A stretch of 64,000 nucleotides of DNA, taken from assembly GCA_963575745.1 (NCBI GenBank), contig CAUYUJ010000104.1:1-64000 (forward strand), written 5' to 3'. Positions 29,102 to 47,674 of the stretch are shown here, piece by piece. Within the stretch, counting starts at the first letter, position 1. Each line of letters starts with the position of its first letter. The notes beneath the pieces were generated by a model. The model searched no databases. It was not told the DNA's origin and saw nothing but the letters and a program-made list of their open reading frames with translations. Both the position numbers and the translations under genes were made by a program. Origin of the DNA: Prorocentrum cordatum. Its lineage: Eukaryota.

Positions 29102-32100
29102 CACTTATAAGATCGCTACTATCAATGGTTCCTGCTGGCCTGCTGTGCGCAAGTTTGTCCTTTCGCCGCAGTCTAGTGCAGTCGCGATCATCTGTGCTCA
29201 GGAGTGTAAGCTTGCCGAAGGAGATAGCATTGTGCGTAAGATACAATGGTGCTCGGCCCAGGGGTGGCTGGCTTACATCACGCCTGCAGCCGCGAGTGAG
29301 AATAATGAGTTGGTTTCGGGAGTTGCGATTTTGATTCGGGATGGCTTGGACCTCGGGGTCCAGCCAATCACTTTTTCTGCCGCTTTCGACCCCGCTCGAT
29401 TATCGGGGGTGTTGCTCGAACTTCCTGGGGTCCCGAAGTTCGCCATATGTTGTACCTACTTTCAGGCTGCTGCTGGTCTCTCCAAGACCAATTTCAAACT
29501 GCTGGCCGCCATAGGCCAACTTCAGGATGATTTGACCCATCCAGTGTTGGTTGCGGGGGATTTTAACCTAGCCCCCGCTAGGTTGGCCCAAGCGGAGTTT
29601 CTGTCCAGGTCCACGATGACCCTGCTTGTGCCGCCGACCGCCACCTACCGAAACAAGAAGACCAAATCCACGCTAGATTATTTCCTGTCTAGCCAAGGCC
29701 TCTCGCCGTGGCTCAGTAACCCCCGTACTCTTTCCTCGTATCCTCTCTCCCCTCACAGACCTGTGCTGCTAGATATTGTAGTTGAGAATAACTTTAATAT
29801 CCCCACGCTGCATAGGCCCCAGAAGCTACCCACACGTATCCCTGTGGGCCCGCAATTGCCAGAAGTGAGTTGGCACCAGTCAGCTGCTGCATTGGAGTAC
29901 GCTTCACTATTTATCGATGATGCTCAACGGCCGCTCAGCGATCAACAGCAGTCGGTGCTCCTGGACCACGTGTATTTCAGCTTGGCCCAGGACTTGGAAG
30001 CTACAATCAGTAAGAAAACTAACACCCCCCTCAAGCCTAGCAAGTACCCCAGGGCCCCACCCCCCTCAGGTTCTTACGGTCCCCGCTGAGGCCAAGGCTG
30101 CTAGGAGTAGGGCCAAATGGGTGGCCTACACGGGCCCGTTGAGATGGCTCATCAATAGGATCCAAGATTTCCATAGATGTGTTCAGGACTGGAATCTCAC
30201 TGAGTTTCAGGACGCTCTCGACAGCTGAGAGGATTGCCCTGAGCTGTTCACCACCGTCGTGTCCCTCAAGGAGGGGCTGCAAGAGATTAGAGTTGCTGCA
30301 GGTCTGTTGCACGTTGATTTCAGCGCTGGTGCCCTGAACCAGGCGCTGGCGATCCAGGTTCTGGACGAGCTGCTAGAGCACGTCACCAAGCTCCTGCATC
30401 AGGAGCAGGCGGCAGAGAACGCTGCAGACGGGAAGGCATGGAGGGATTGGGTTCAGGACAACATGAAGGGAGGAATGGGATGGGCTCACAGATGGACCAA
30501 GCGTTTGGAGGCCTGGAGGCCCTCGTCAGTTCCATTTAAGTCGCAGTATTCTGGCAGGCCCCAGCATATATTGCAGGCTGAAGCAGATCGTCTGGCAAAA
30601 ATATGGCAGGTTTCCCAGGATACCCCACCTCAGCTCGTTCCTGACAGAGAAGATCGAATTGCCCTGGGCCCCATCAGCCCCAAGAGACTACGACAGGTTG
30701 CGAAAAGTTTTCCCCATGCCACTGCCACTACCTGGGACGGGTTCCACCCTAGGCATTCCAGTATGTTGAGTAACGAACAGGCAGAGATTGTCTGCGATTT
30801 TATTGGCCTGCTGGAAAAGATGGGACATATGCCAACCCAGCTCCAAGGCATCGTATCGACTCTGATGATGAAGTTGAAACAGCATGATGCCCCAGCCAGC
30901 CAGCCCTCTTTCAGGTCCATTGGCATGCTTCCAGCTTTGCACAGAGTCTGGGCTAGGCTCAGGAGGTCAGCGGCCAGAGAGTGGGAGGCACACCACCGCA
31001 GGCCGTATCTTGCTCATCAGGCTGGTCACTCCATGGTGGAATTAGTATACAAACAATCCTTGGAATGCGAGTTCAACAGCTCTGACAAAGATCAACAATA
31101 TAGTGCCCAAGTTCTCTACGATTTATCTAACTACTACGAACATGTTGATCGGCCTTGTCTTGCTTATCGTGCTGTTGAATCAGGTTTTCCGTGTTGTTTA
31201 TTGCGTATCATACTATCTCAATATGCCAGTGAACGCATAGTTGCACTACAAGATTGTGCAGTCAGTGTAGGCAAGCCTTGGAGGGGCATAGCCGCAGGAT
31301 GCAGTTGGGCCACCTATCTTGTGCAAATGTATGTGCTCGCCCCGCTCGACGTGTGGACGCAGGCGCATTGTCATATCAGGCTCGCGATGTTTATAGATGA
31401 TCTGCTGCTCCAGTGCCACGGCCGCAGTTGCAGCCTCATCGTCAGCCAGCTCAATATTGTTGCCAGGTCCATGGCAGACTGCATCATCAATGAGTTTAAG
31501 TGCCAGATCGCCAGCAAGAAAAGTCAGGTCCTGGCGTCCCAGCAAGCCCTTCAGGATCAACTCAGGACGGCCCTCGGGCCTCTGGCGGGCCCGAACTCGG
31601 ATAGGTCTGGACCTAACCTGGGTTGTGAAACTGGGGCTGGACGGCCCCAACGACGTTGGAGAAAGCAGCGTAAGATTTCGGAGCGTCTTGATAAGATGCG
31701 TAAAAGACTTAACAGGGTTCGCATGCTCAAGAGAGCAGGGGGTAACACTCATAAGTTGTATAGGACTGGCCTCGAGGCGGCCACCACGTTCGGAGTCGAG
31801 GTGACTGGCATCAATGGCACGCAGTTGGAATCAGCTAGGTCGCAGTTTTTTGGCTGCTGCGGGACCCCGTTGCCCGACGCGCAGCCGCAGTTTGGCTCTG
31901 CTCATCCTCGAGGACCCCTTGTGGAAAGCTGCCCTGGGCCCCGCCATTATGTGGCATCGCCTTGTTTGGGGCGCCGCCACCCGCCCCCACCTCGCCGTGA
32001 CCAGCCTACAGCAGTTACGTGTTTGGGCTGAGGCCATCCTCCCGAGAGTTGTTAAATCTTGGGGCTCCTCCAGGGGCCCCCTCAGCGCTGCGGCGCTTTC

Positions 32101-33823
32101 GCTTAAAAGGATCGGTTGGAAATCCCAGGGACCATTTACTTTTGTGACCTCCTCAGGCATTGAGTACCCTCTCCCAGGACATTCCCCCGCCCTCCTCCAA
32201 AAGCTCATGGAGTTCGACTGGCGCGGCCAGCTCGCTTCCAAGGCGGCCGAGAAGATCGGCCACCCGAACGCCCAGTTAGATGTGGTTGCTGCCCGTGCTG
32301 CTCTGTCATCGCCAGACCTCCTTGGCCACCAGAAGGGAACCCTCCTCGCCTTCCTCACCCAGAGTATATGGACTATGGACAGAGCCAAGGCAGCAGGATA
32401 TGAAGTCGAGACTGGCTGCGAGTGCGGCCACCATTCGGACAACCTCGGCCACCGCATACTTTACTGCCCGAAGACAGAGAATCTCAGAACCACTCACTTC
32501 TCGGCAGCGGAGCTTCAGAATTTAAGAGAGCCTCCTCCCCAGACCCTGCCCCAGTATCTCGGTTTCCAGCTGGTGCCCGAGTATCGTGGAGAGAATCCTC
32601 CTGGTTCGGGCCTGGAGTTTGGGGAGTTTTGGTGTGCTCAGGAGGGGATCACCCCGCAGGAGGCTTTCAGCGAAGGGGAGGTGTATATAGATGGTAGTTG
32701 CACTAACCACGGTCACTATGTTTTCAACGCCGCAGGTTTCGCGGTTGTCTGCATGCGTAACGGTGAAGCTTTTGCCCATTTCAGTGGCCGAGTCGGCCAG
32801 ATGTTTTTACAAACCTCGGGTGCCGCGGAGCATTTGGCCGCTGTTGCGGCCAGTATTCTTTCTAGGGATGTGGAAGTCATTTACTCTGATTATAAAGGAG
32901 TTTTGTCCCTGCACCAAGGGTCTGAGTACCCTCGGCACAACGTGTGGGCTGGGTGTAAGGTCTTGGCTGGCAGGAGCCAGTTCCCCCTCGGCCAACGCCT
33001 GCGCAAGGTCAAGGCCCACCAAGACTTGCAGGCCCTCTCAGAAGGCAGTGAAGAGAGAAGGTTGGCCGAAGGTAATAGTACTGCTGACCGCATTGCCAAG
33101 GCAGCCGCTTTTAAAGGAATGCAGCCCAGTGAAGCAGAGAAAAGTGATTTCACTGACAGTCGGAAGTTTATCGTGCGATATTTGAAGTATGTTGCGCAGG
33201 CTCTGGGAGAGTGGCCCGCGATCGCCCCCCACCGCAACAAAGTTTTGGCCGCCCCAGAGAAGAGTTTTTCTCCCCCCACGGGTGCCGCCTCTGCCCTTTC
33301 GTCGTGGACGCCGCCGTCGTCGGTCGAGCCTCCCCCCCCTCCGCCTCCGCCTGTGCCCCAAGAGGAGCCCAGAGAGCCCTTCAGGTACCACGCATGGGCT
33401 CTCATTCACCAGTATCACAGGTGCATCCTGTGTAGAGTGCAGACCAAGTCTTTCAAACAGCGGGGAGTCTTACAGGCCCAGCATTGCCCAGGCCACTGTA
33501 AGCAGCTCTCCGATTTTGTGCATGATAATAAAGGCCACGATTTGTTTTACTACGAGCACCTTGATCACCCGACGAGTATCTTGGTTTGCCATAAGTGTGG
33601 ATCCTTCTCTGAAGGGTTGGGTCGAGGGCTCGCTAGTGCGTGCAGCACTAGAGTGAGCCACCAAGGAGCGGCCACTCAGCTAGCCCGCGTCCAGGAGGGT
33701 CGAGATCCCAAGGGCACAAAGTCGTCCCCGATCGTTTTTAAGACCCCCGCTACTCCCCTGGCCCAGTTGGTGCGCGAGGAGCGTGCCAAGACCCAAGGAG
33801 AGGAGGCACTAAGCCCTCCATAG
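29097..33823 (+). pseudogene. LINE ORF2: APE endonuclease, reverse transcriptase, CCHC finger, RNase H, C-terminal Cys/His fingers; two frameshifts and one stop as given
   Basis: APE: ATING, ICAQEC, SGVAIL, AGDFN, TLDYFL, SPHRPV. RT: WDGFHP, FRSIGML, LYDLSNYYEHV, GIAAGC, MFIDDL, NLG. CCHC: CECG..H..YC. RNase H: VYIDGSC, QTSGAAE, IYSDY, KVKAH, GNSTAD. Lesions: C-run ~30055-30066, TGA 30226-30228, T6 run ~31846-31851. Confidence 0.9.
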
Positions 33824-35384
33824 TCGGCCGCGCTCTCTCGCGGCGGACATCGAACACCCCCAAGCCATGTGCGTGTCCTCCTCCTCCTCCTCCTCCTCCT
33901 CCTCCTCCTCCCTGACCTCCCTCGCATCATTGCGTCATATCACTACTTCCTCCGTGCCTCCTCCTGCCTCTGTCGTGTCTTCCCTGTCCTTCTCCTCCCC
34001 CTCATTCTCTTCCTCCTCGTCCTGTTCCATCTCCTCCTCCTTTTCCTCCTTTTCCTCCATCTCCTCCTCCTCCTCCACCTCCTCAGCATCATCCTCACAC
34101 TGCTCGCCTTCGAAAGCATCCTCCTCTCTTTCTCGCAGCGCCATCGGGCGTCCCCGCGCAGTCGCCGCGCCCCGCCCGACCACGCGCGAACGCGCCGCCG
34201 TGGCCAGTGCGGGACCTGCCCGTTCCGGAGGGTGGGGGGGGGGGAGGAGGGCCGCCCACTCTGCTGTTTTACGATCCTGAGGCCCTCAGAGGGTGGGGGG
34301 GGAGGAGACGATGGAGCGGCCGGGCGGGCTCTAGAGACGTGGCGGCAAATTCCGAAGACGGCGCACGCTGCGCGTGGCGTTGTTCACGGCGCACCTGGTC
34401 CGTAGCGCTGGAGACGTAACGCACTCGACATTCGGGAAGATGGCCTGCTATAAATAACGACGTGCCGACGTGTAGTTCTGGAGTAATGTCGTGAGGTCGT
34501 TTCTGGTGTTCTCTTGGGTGCTGCCACGCGCACGCTCGGCGTACCCAGATTGGATCGTCAGTCGGGTGCGCCTGTTGTGGGAAGCCGTTGGGGGAGGAGG
34601 CCAGTGGTCTTGTGCTAGTCCTGTGTATTAGGGTTGCCCTGGCAGTCCAACAAGCCCACGACGTACATAATCCTCCTGTTTCAAAAAAGGTGGTAATGCA
34701 ATTCAGCTTCGCTTGCGACATCAAACTCGCTGTAGCTCATGAGATAGACGGTCATCAAACTCTTGCTCCTCTTCCTCCCCCTCCTGCTCCTCCTCCTTCT
34801 CCTGCCTCTCCTCCTCCTCCTCCTCCAATGCCTCCTTCTCCTCCTCCTCCTCCTCCTCTGCCCGTCCATTTCATATTCCGCCTTCCCTGTCTTATCATGG
34901 TCCCTCCTCCGCCAACGCCGTCTCATCACCCTCATCCGCCCCCTCTCCGCTGCACCTCGTCACCCTCAATTATGACTAGGGGGTGAAAAAACAAGGCCCG
35001 ACTCTGCCAGTCCGCGGGGCCTCAAGACTCTCGAACGCTCCCCCGGGGCGGGCTGCTGCAGTCAGCCCATACGATAGGGACGCACGCTAAGGATGCAGGG
35101 GCCTCAGAAGGCCGTGTCGACACTCTGCGAGCAAGGCGCGGCCAGCGAAAGCGGCCAAGGATGGGCTGAAAGGGAAAGATGCAAGAGAAACCTTGGAAAA
35201 TCGTTCATCGTTTACTTAACGGGTTGACTGCACCCAGATAAAAGACGTGCCCAATGCCCAAGAATGGCCCTGGGACCCCGACGCCGCAAGACATAACGCC
35301 AAGGCCGAATAGACCACGCCACGTCGGAGATCCGGGTCCGCAGCTGCGCGCCACCGCAAGAGGGCCCCCCTCTGGCGGATCCGG

Positions 35385-35450
35385 CCTGAGGGTGCACTTC
35401 TCGTCGTACATGTCGCGCGTCTCCTGCAGCAGCCGCGATCGCAGAAGCTC
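35385..35450 (-). CDS. Possible isolated host exon
   Basis: aag|..LLRSRLLQETRDMYDEKCTLR, high GC3, next to the TAC array. Confidence 0.3.
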
Positions 35451-35461
35451 TTGCGGGGAAG

Positions 35462-41333
<5,872 letters not shown>

Positions 41334-42104
41334 ATCCTCCTCCTCCTCCGCCTTCTCCTCCGCCTTGTCCTACTACTACTCGACTGCCGAGCAGAGAGCA
41401 GCGGCGGCGGAGGTCGAGTCGCAGCTCCTGCACTTGCGGCGGACTGATGACCCAATGCACAGGCCCCAGAGCTTCCGACGCTATCCCTGGGAGCCGGCTA
41501 GAAGGCCCCAGGGCCCGAAAAAGGCCCCCACCGGCCACAATAGAGGAAACACTCGAGGTCTGGCCTCCGGTCCTCCGCCTCATCCTGGTGTTCGCCGCCT
41601 CTGACTCCGCCTTCCAGGTCAAGTGCAACGGGGCCCCTTCGCATTCCAGGTCACAGGTCGTCCTTCTTACGAGAGCGGGAGGAAGGAATGAGGGGCAGGG
41701 GGAGGCGGAGAGGAAGGGGGCAGGAAGAGGGCCAGGAAATTAAAATGGGAAGGAAACGTGAGGAATGAGGAGAGAAGAGGGGCGATGGGAGGACCAAGCA
41801 TCCTACGTCGTGAGCAAATATGTAAAACACTTGTTAATCTATGCGCTTGATACTACTTGATTCCACGATGCGATCCGCTCTGGACTCCTGGGGCCCACAA
41901 TGGGACAGAATCGTCGTGTTGTATCCTTGCGCACGCCCAGATGCGAGGACACCCCACCTGCGGTCGGCATTAAGGCCATTACTTGAAACACACACTGGGT
42001 TCCCAAAAACAACCCCAAGAACCCAAGAGGAACCCACCAACATAAGCCGAATCTCCAGACATCCGACGTCATGAGCGTCTCGTGGCATGGGGGGCCCCAC
42101 ATCC

Positions 42105-42340
42105 CCCGACCTCCCTACCGAGAGACCTCCCGGATGGGGTCGGAGTGGATGGGGTTGGAGGACCGCGCCGCATCGTCAATGCATCGCATCGGCGATGCAC
42201 CGGCGACGCCAGCGATGCATCGGCGACGTCGACGTAGAGAAAATCGGGCTCCACATCGAGCCGCCTCGCCGATGCATCGGCGATGCGGCGCGATCCTCGT
42301 CCCCATCTGACCGGACCCCATCTCATCTTGGAGGCCTAGA
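42105..42340 (+). repeat. Palindromic dispersed repeat family D, copy 2
   Basis: Aligns by eye with 22670-22860. Confidence 0.75.
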
Positions 42341-42462
42341 TTTTCCCACAAGCCTGCTGCCCTACTGTGGCGGCCCCTGGGCCCAGAAACGGCCTCCCGA
42401 GGCCCAGCCTCCGGAAGAGAAGCAGCCGCCGCCGTGTGTCCTGCTTTCTCGCGGCGCTAAGC

Positions 42463-42616
42463 TTAGGTCGGGCATGTCCTCCTACAGGCGGATTTTGGAA
42501 GAGCAAAACAACAAACAAATGCCCCCAAATGGATCAACAATGATGAAACATCGTCCCGGAACTGTTTTTGGACTATTGTCCAATCTTCGTCCTGTAGAGG
42601 GACATGCCCGACTTAA
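42463..42616 (+). mobile_element. MITE-like family A, copy 6 (best-preserved TIRs)
   Basis: ttaggtcgggcatgtcctcctacagg ... cctgtagagggacatgcccgacttaa. Confidence 0.85.
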
Positions 42617-43937
42617 CGCTAGGCGTCTGGGCCTCTGCCTTCCGTGTCCATGCCCCAAGACCACTCTCGGCGTGCGCTCTGGCCCGCATTTCAAGGCCAA
42701 GCCGGACGTCGTGAGTATACCATACCCCCCACGGGGCCAAGACCTGCTTCCCGAGCCAGACAAGAGGCCACGCAAGGCAACTCTGGACCGCGGAGCTGCA
42801 ACGTTGGCTGCACAAGCGTGTTCCACTACGCGCACTGCGACAACTCGCAGAAGGCCCGGCCCCACCGCGCGGTTTCACGCTCCATTCTATCGAGGCGAAG
42901 CCGTGTTTCTCGAAAGCTTGCGACTAGGCGCTCTGCGAGTGGTGGAACGCGCTCGGAGATTGACGACGGCTGCGTGCGGGCGGGCGCTCTCTCCGTGTTC
43001 TTGCGCCGCACCAGCCCCGCAAGCAGCAGGCCCAGCGCGAACGCGTCGCGCTTGCCTGCGCTGCCGGGCCCATGCGGCGCCTCTCGGCGGGGACGCGGGG
43101 GGGGGGACCTCTCGGGGAGGGAGGGGGCGCGGGGGGACGCGGAGGAGGAGGAGGAGGAGGAGGAGGAGGACGAAGAGGAGGAGAAGGAGGAGGAGGAGGA
43201 GGACAAAGAGGAGGAGGAGGACGAAGAGGAGGAGGAGGAGGAGGAGGAGGAGGAACCCTCCCCCTCCAACTTATGGAAATGGCGGTGGGAAACAAACCCA
43301 TCATCCGTTTGTCCAGCTCCACTTCCAGCGGCAGGGCCACGAGGCAGCACCACGCCAAATCTCCCCCCACGCGCCAGCAGGCCTCCCCCCCCTTCCGAAG
43401 AGTCCCTACCTCCTCCCGCCCCCAGAGACCTCAAAAACCGAGGCGCGCCAAGTCAATCCAGGGTCAACTGGCGCATGAACGGGGGCCGTCGGAGTCTCAC
43501 GACTGACTGCGGCCACCTACTGGCGGGAGTTTCTCCTCATTTCCCCCCTCTCTCCCCTTCGCTCCTCTGGCTCACCCCCCCCTACTTCTCCCCGCCTCCT
43601 CCCTCTGCCCACCCTGGGTCTTCGGCCCGAACTGCATCGGGCTGTGAGGAGGAGGAGGAGGAGGAGGAGGAGGAGGAGGAGGAGGAGGAGGAGGAGGCTG
43701 CGAAGGAGCAGCGAGGACCGGCGAATGTCTCGGCGGAGAGCGAGGGGGGGAAGTGAGAAGGAGAAGGCCTTTTCAGAAGACTCAGAAGTCCCCAGGCCTT
43801 CTGAGAAAATTCCCAAGCCCTCCTCGAAGACACAAACAGAAACCTCAGAAGGCGCGAGTGCTTCTCAGAAGTCCCGCCGCTTTCTGAGAAGGCCTTTTCC
43901 TTCTGAATTCCGCCACTCCCTCGCAACCGGCTTGTGG

Positions 43938-44040
43938 GATACCGCTACTCCCCGGACCTCTCTCGGGGTGCGTTCTGACCAGGATTCCGAGGCGAATGCA
44001 GCGGTGGCGACGAGGGCCTCCGAGGAAGCCCAACCAGGGG
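43938..44040 (+). repeat. Dispersed repeat family C, copy 1 (others ~60355-60455 and ~61648-61755)
   Basis: gctactccc..ggacctctc.cggggtgcgt.ctgacca..gaggcgaat.cagcggtggcgacgagggcctcc.aggaggccc is shared by three loci. Confidence 0.8.
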
Positions 44041-46119
44041 GAAAGGGCGAAGGGTAGCAGCCTGGGTTCCTTTTCCTCCTCCTCGCTCGCCGCCGAGTGT
44101 GGCAAACGAGGAAGGGGCGATGGGCGACAGGGGGGGCGCGCACCCCGCGACGGCGTCGTCCGCGCGAAAAACAAGAGCGGCGGGGCGTCGGGCCTGGCAC
44201 GCACGGCGCCGAACGGGAGCCCGGGGGGCCCGCGACTACGAGCGCAGGGCCGAGAACACCGGGGGGAGCGGGAGAGGGGGAGGAGGAGGGGGAGGAGGGG
44301 GAGGACGAGGAGGAGGAGGAGGAGGAGGAGGAGGAGGAGGAGGAGGAGAAGGAGGAGGAGGAGGAGGAGGAGGATGTTCTAGGCCAGCAGGCTCCCCGGG
44401 GGGTGGGACAGCGAGGGGGCGGGGGAAGTTTTGGGCTCGAGGCTCGAGGTTTTTCCGACGCTCTCGTCGGTTCTCGGCGGTTTTCGGGACTCGGGATGCT
44501 TGCCAGCAGCTGCGCTTCGCCGAAGGCGTTCCGGGGGTGCCCGAATCGTCCCGAACGGCCGCCAGAGACCAGATAGATGACCCAAAAACCCAAATCGGCA
44601 GCGAGCGAGGGGGGAACATGAGACGGGACTTCTCAGAAATATGTGTTGTCTCCGGGGAAGGCTTAGAAAACTTCTCGGAAGCCCGGGGGACTTGCGAGCC
44701 TTCTGAGAAGGCCTTCTCCTTCTTACTTCCCCCTCGCTCGCCGCCGAGGGACACGAAGAGGGGAGACGGGTGGGAGAGGCGGAGGGGGGCGGGGGGAGAG
44801 GAGGCAATGTAGCAGGAGAAAAAGAGGAGGATGTGGACGGGTCGGGGGGGGGGATACTGGAACAAAAAAATGCGCGCTGGACATGGGCATCGTCGCTGCC
44901 CGCAAGAGCGCGCTGAACAAGATACTTCGACGAACGAGCCCGTGGGGGGCTGCTATCCGCCACCGTGCCTTTGGCACGTTGGGGCGTGGTAGAATGCCTA
45001 TTCGTCAGCTGTCTGCACGGGTCGGGCGCTAGCAGAACTGGGTTTAGTGGGACCTGGTTTAAGGACGTGTACCGGGGTACGCCCCCGCGCCCCGTTCCAC
45101 TAACCGGAACTGCCGTCACCCGAAAAAAACACGAGCTACGGCAGACCTGGTTTAGTGATTCTGGCCAGTTTGGGGGCTCCGAGGCCCTACCACTGACCGG
45201 GTCCCTTTACCTTGGGTCCTGGCTATATCCGAAGGGGGCTCTTGTATCTGTAACGGCGCTCCCTTCGGCGTCTAGACGGCCCTACGACACCGCAAGACCG
45301 CCCCAGAGCGGCTGCACGGTGACGCAAGACCAAAGGCCCGATGTGCTGGAACGGCGGCCCGAGATCCAAGAGGAAGCACCCAAACTCCAGCAGGGCTCCA
45401 AGAAGGTACCAACACACAACGTGAAAGGAGCATGCGGATGGCTTGCGTCCCGGCCTTTTCAGCTTAAGATGGCACGGGACTGTGGGAGGCTGGAGGCTTG
45501 AGACCAGTCCAATACCAAGACGGCATCATACGGGACCAAGATAGCATGTGACTATGGAACCCTCGAGACGGCATTCTGTAATACCAGGATGGCCACAATG
45601 CGGCCTGGACGCCTCCAAGAAGAATGAAATATCGCCCTACGAGAGGGTGACAACGCTCCCAAGGCCAACCAAGACGGCCCCAAGATAATTGGATCGAGCT
45701 TCTTCGCAAGAGCACGGAGAACCATCGCGCCAAAGACGGCCCCGGCACCCCCGAGAGGCCACTCTACAGGCCCACAAAAGGGTACCAAGACGCCCCAAAG
45801 TTCCCAACAGTCCTCCAACAGACCTTCAAACAGACCCCGAACAGGAATGCAATAAGCAAACAATGTAACGGCGGCGCCACGCTGCAGGATCGTAGAGTCA
45901 CTTCCCGAACAGCCTACTCGGAGACCTCGGTAGGACCAACCTGCAAGCCTCCCGACGATGCGCTGGCACGGTGGCGGGCTTCGCCATAGGCAGCCGGGTA
46001 AGTTCACCAGACTATTCACGATGCACGACGACGCCGGCGACCATCCATCATTCCCGGCCAATCACACCGACGACCCACGAGTGCCCCGCATCCATTCAGC
46101 ACACGCTGGGGCCGGTCTC

Positions 46120-47608
46120 CTGTATTCTCAGATCGGCGTAAGCGTTCACGTCGACCTCCCCGTCGTCTTCGTAGATGGACTGCCCCTTGATCGCCTTGCA
46201 GTGCTCAGTGGCCAGCATCTTGGCACGGTATTTCTCCTCCAGCGCGGCCATGGGATCCGCGGGTGCGTTCTCCAACATGGCCAAAGCAATCTTCTGGCGA
46301 CGCTGGAACTCCTCGAAATTTAGTTCCCTCCTCGGCAAATCCTTCTTCTTCGCCTTCCTTCCGCCCAGAACGTTCTGGTCGCTCCACCTCGGCGTGATGC
46401 CAGGCTGCAGGGGGTTGTCGTAGTACGTGATCGTGTACGAATCTTCAGACGCCCACGCCTCTTGTGTGAGGGGGCCCTCCAAGAACAGACCGACCATCAA
46501 GTACAGGATGTCAATGCGTGCGTGCTGCATCAGAACCACGTCCTGGAAGTCCGCCCACCCCTTCGGGATTAGAAAGCGTTTCAGGTTCTCCACTCCTTTT
46601 GGCAGCACTTGCCCCCCGCAGCGACAGCAGCCAGGACGGCACTGCAGGGGGGGGGGCAGGAGGGGAAGAGAGCATGATGATTAGGAGGAGGAGGAGGAGG
46701 AGGAGGAGGAGGAGGAGGAGGAGGAGGAGGAGAAGGAGGAGTAGGAGGAGGAGGGAGGAGGAGGAGGAGGACGAGGAGGGAGGGAAGGAGGGAGGGAGGG
46801 AGGGAGGGAGGAAGGGAGGAGGAGGAGGGAGGAGGAAGAGGAGGAGGAGGGAGGAGGGAGGAGGAGGAGGAGAGAGGCCTGGCAGTGCCCGTTGCCTGCC
46901 TCCCCTCTCGGCCCCACGCTCCTGCAGGGTGGCCCTGGAGGCGGGCCACCACGGCTCCAGTCTGGCCGACTCGCGTCAAAGCTCTGCCAAGAATGAATGA
47001 AGGGGCCCTGGGACACGCAAAGAAATGCACACAAATAACAAGGCTCCCCATATGTTCCCATATTTTGGGGGATGTCGTCTTCCCCCCCACTTCCCATATT
47101 TTCGAATATTTTCGGGGGAATCGACGATTAATTGTGTCTGTGTATTGTTTCCCCTCCTGGATGAAAATGACCTCCGATGTTCCCCAGGCCGATCTCCGGC
47201 CCACGGCCCTGCGCCACCCCAGAGCACCCAAGAGTGGCCCTGAGGCAGCAGCACACTGCCCCCGGGGGACTCCCGAGAGGCCCCTGGCGACGCTCTGATG
47301 TCACGAGAGCATTTCAACACTCACTTGTGCGGGTGTACGTGTGCCAGTGTGCATCGAGCAAAGAGGAGTCTGAAAGAACCCTTCAAACACCACCCAGTCC
47401 TCCCCAGATGACATACAGAGGGGACACGAAGCTCCGAAGAGGGCTCCAAGACGGCCCCAAAGCCACCCCAAGAGCGCCCCACTATATTGCCGCCCCACGG
47501 TAATCCAAGACGGCCCTATGCATGCCGTCGGACCGCGACAAACTGCGGAATGACCCCCCAAACACCCCGGCATCAGCATCAGAATCAGCATCAGCATTAT
47601 CATCGTCG

Positions 47609-47674
<66 letters not shown>

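Larger units (their letters stand above)
27741..33875 (+). mobile_element. Near full-length non-LTR retrotransposon (LINE), ORF1 + APE-RT-RNase H ORF2, embedded in (TCC)n
   Basis: Begins with TGGCTCAAG (SL 3' end) right after (TCC)n and carries two ORFs. About 50 nt of 3' UTR with a gccgcg-ctctct-cgcggc hairpin (33827-33844) runs directly into (TCC)n. Confidence 0.92.

Noticed and set aside
42087..44865. Long overlapping ORFs on both strands
   Set aside because: They are composed of dispersed repeats and (GGA)n tracts in GC-rich DNA, with no domain signal.
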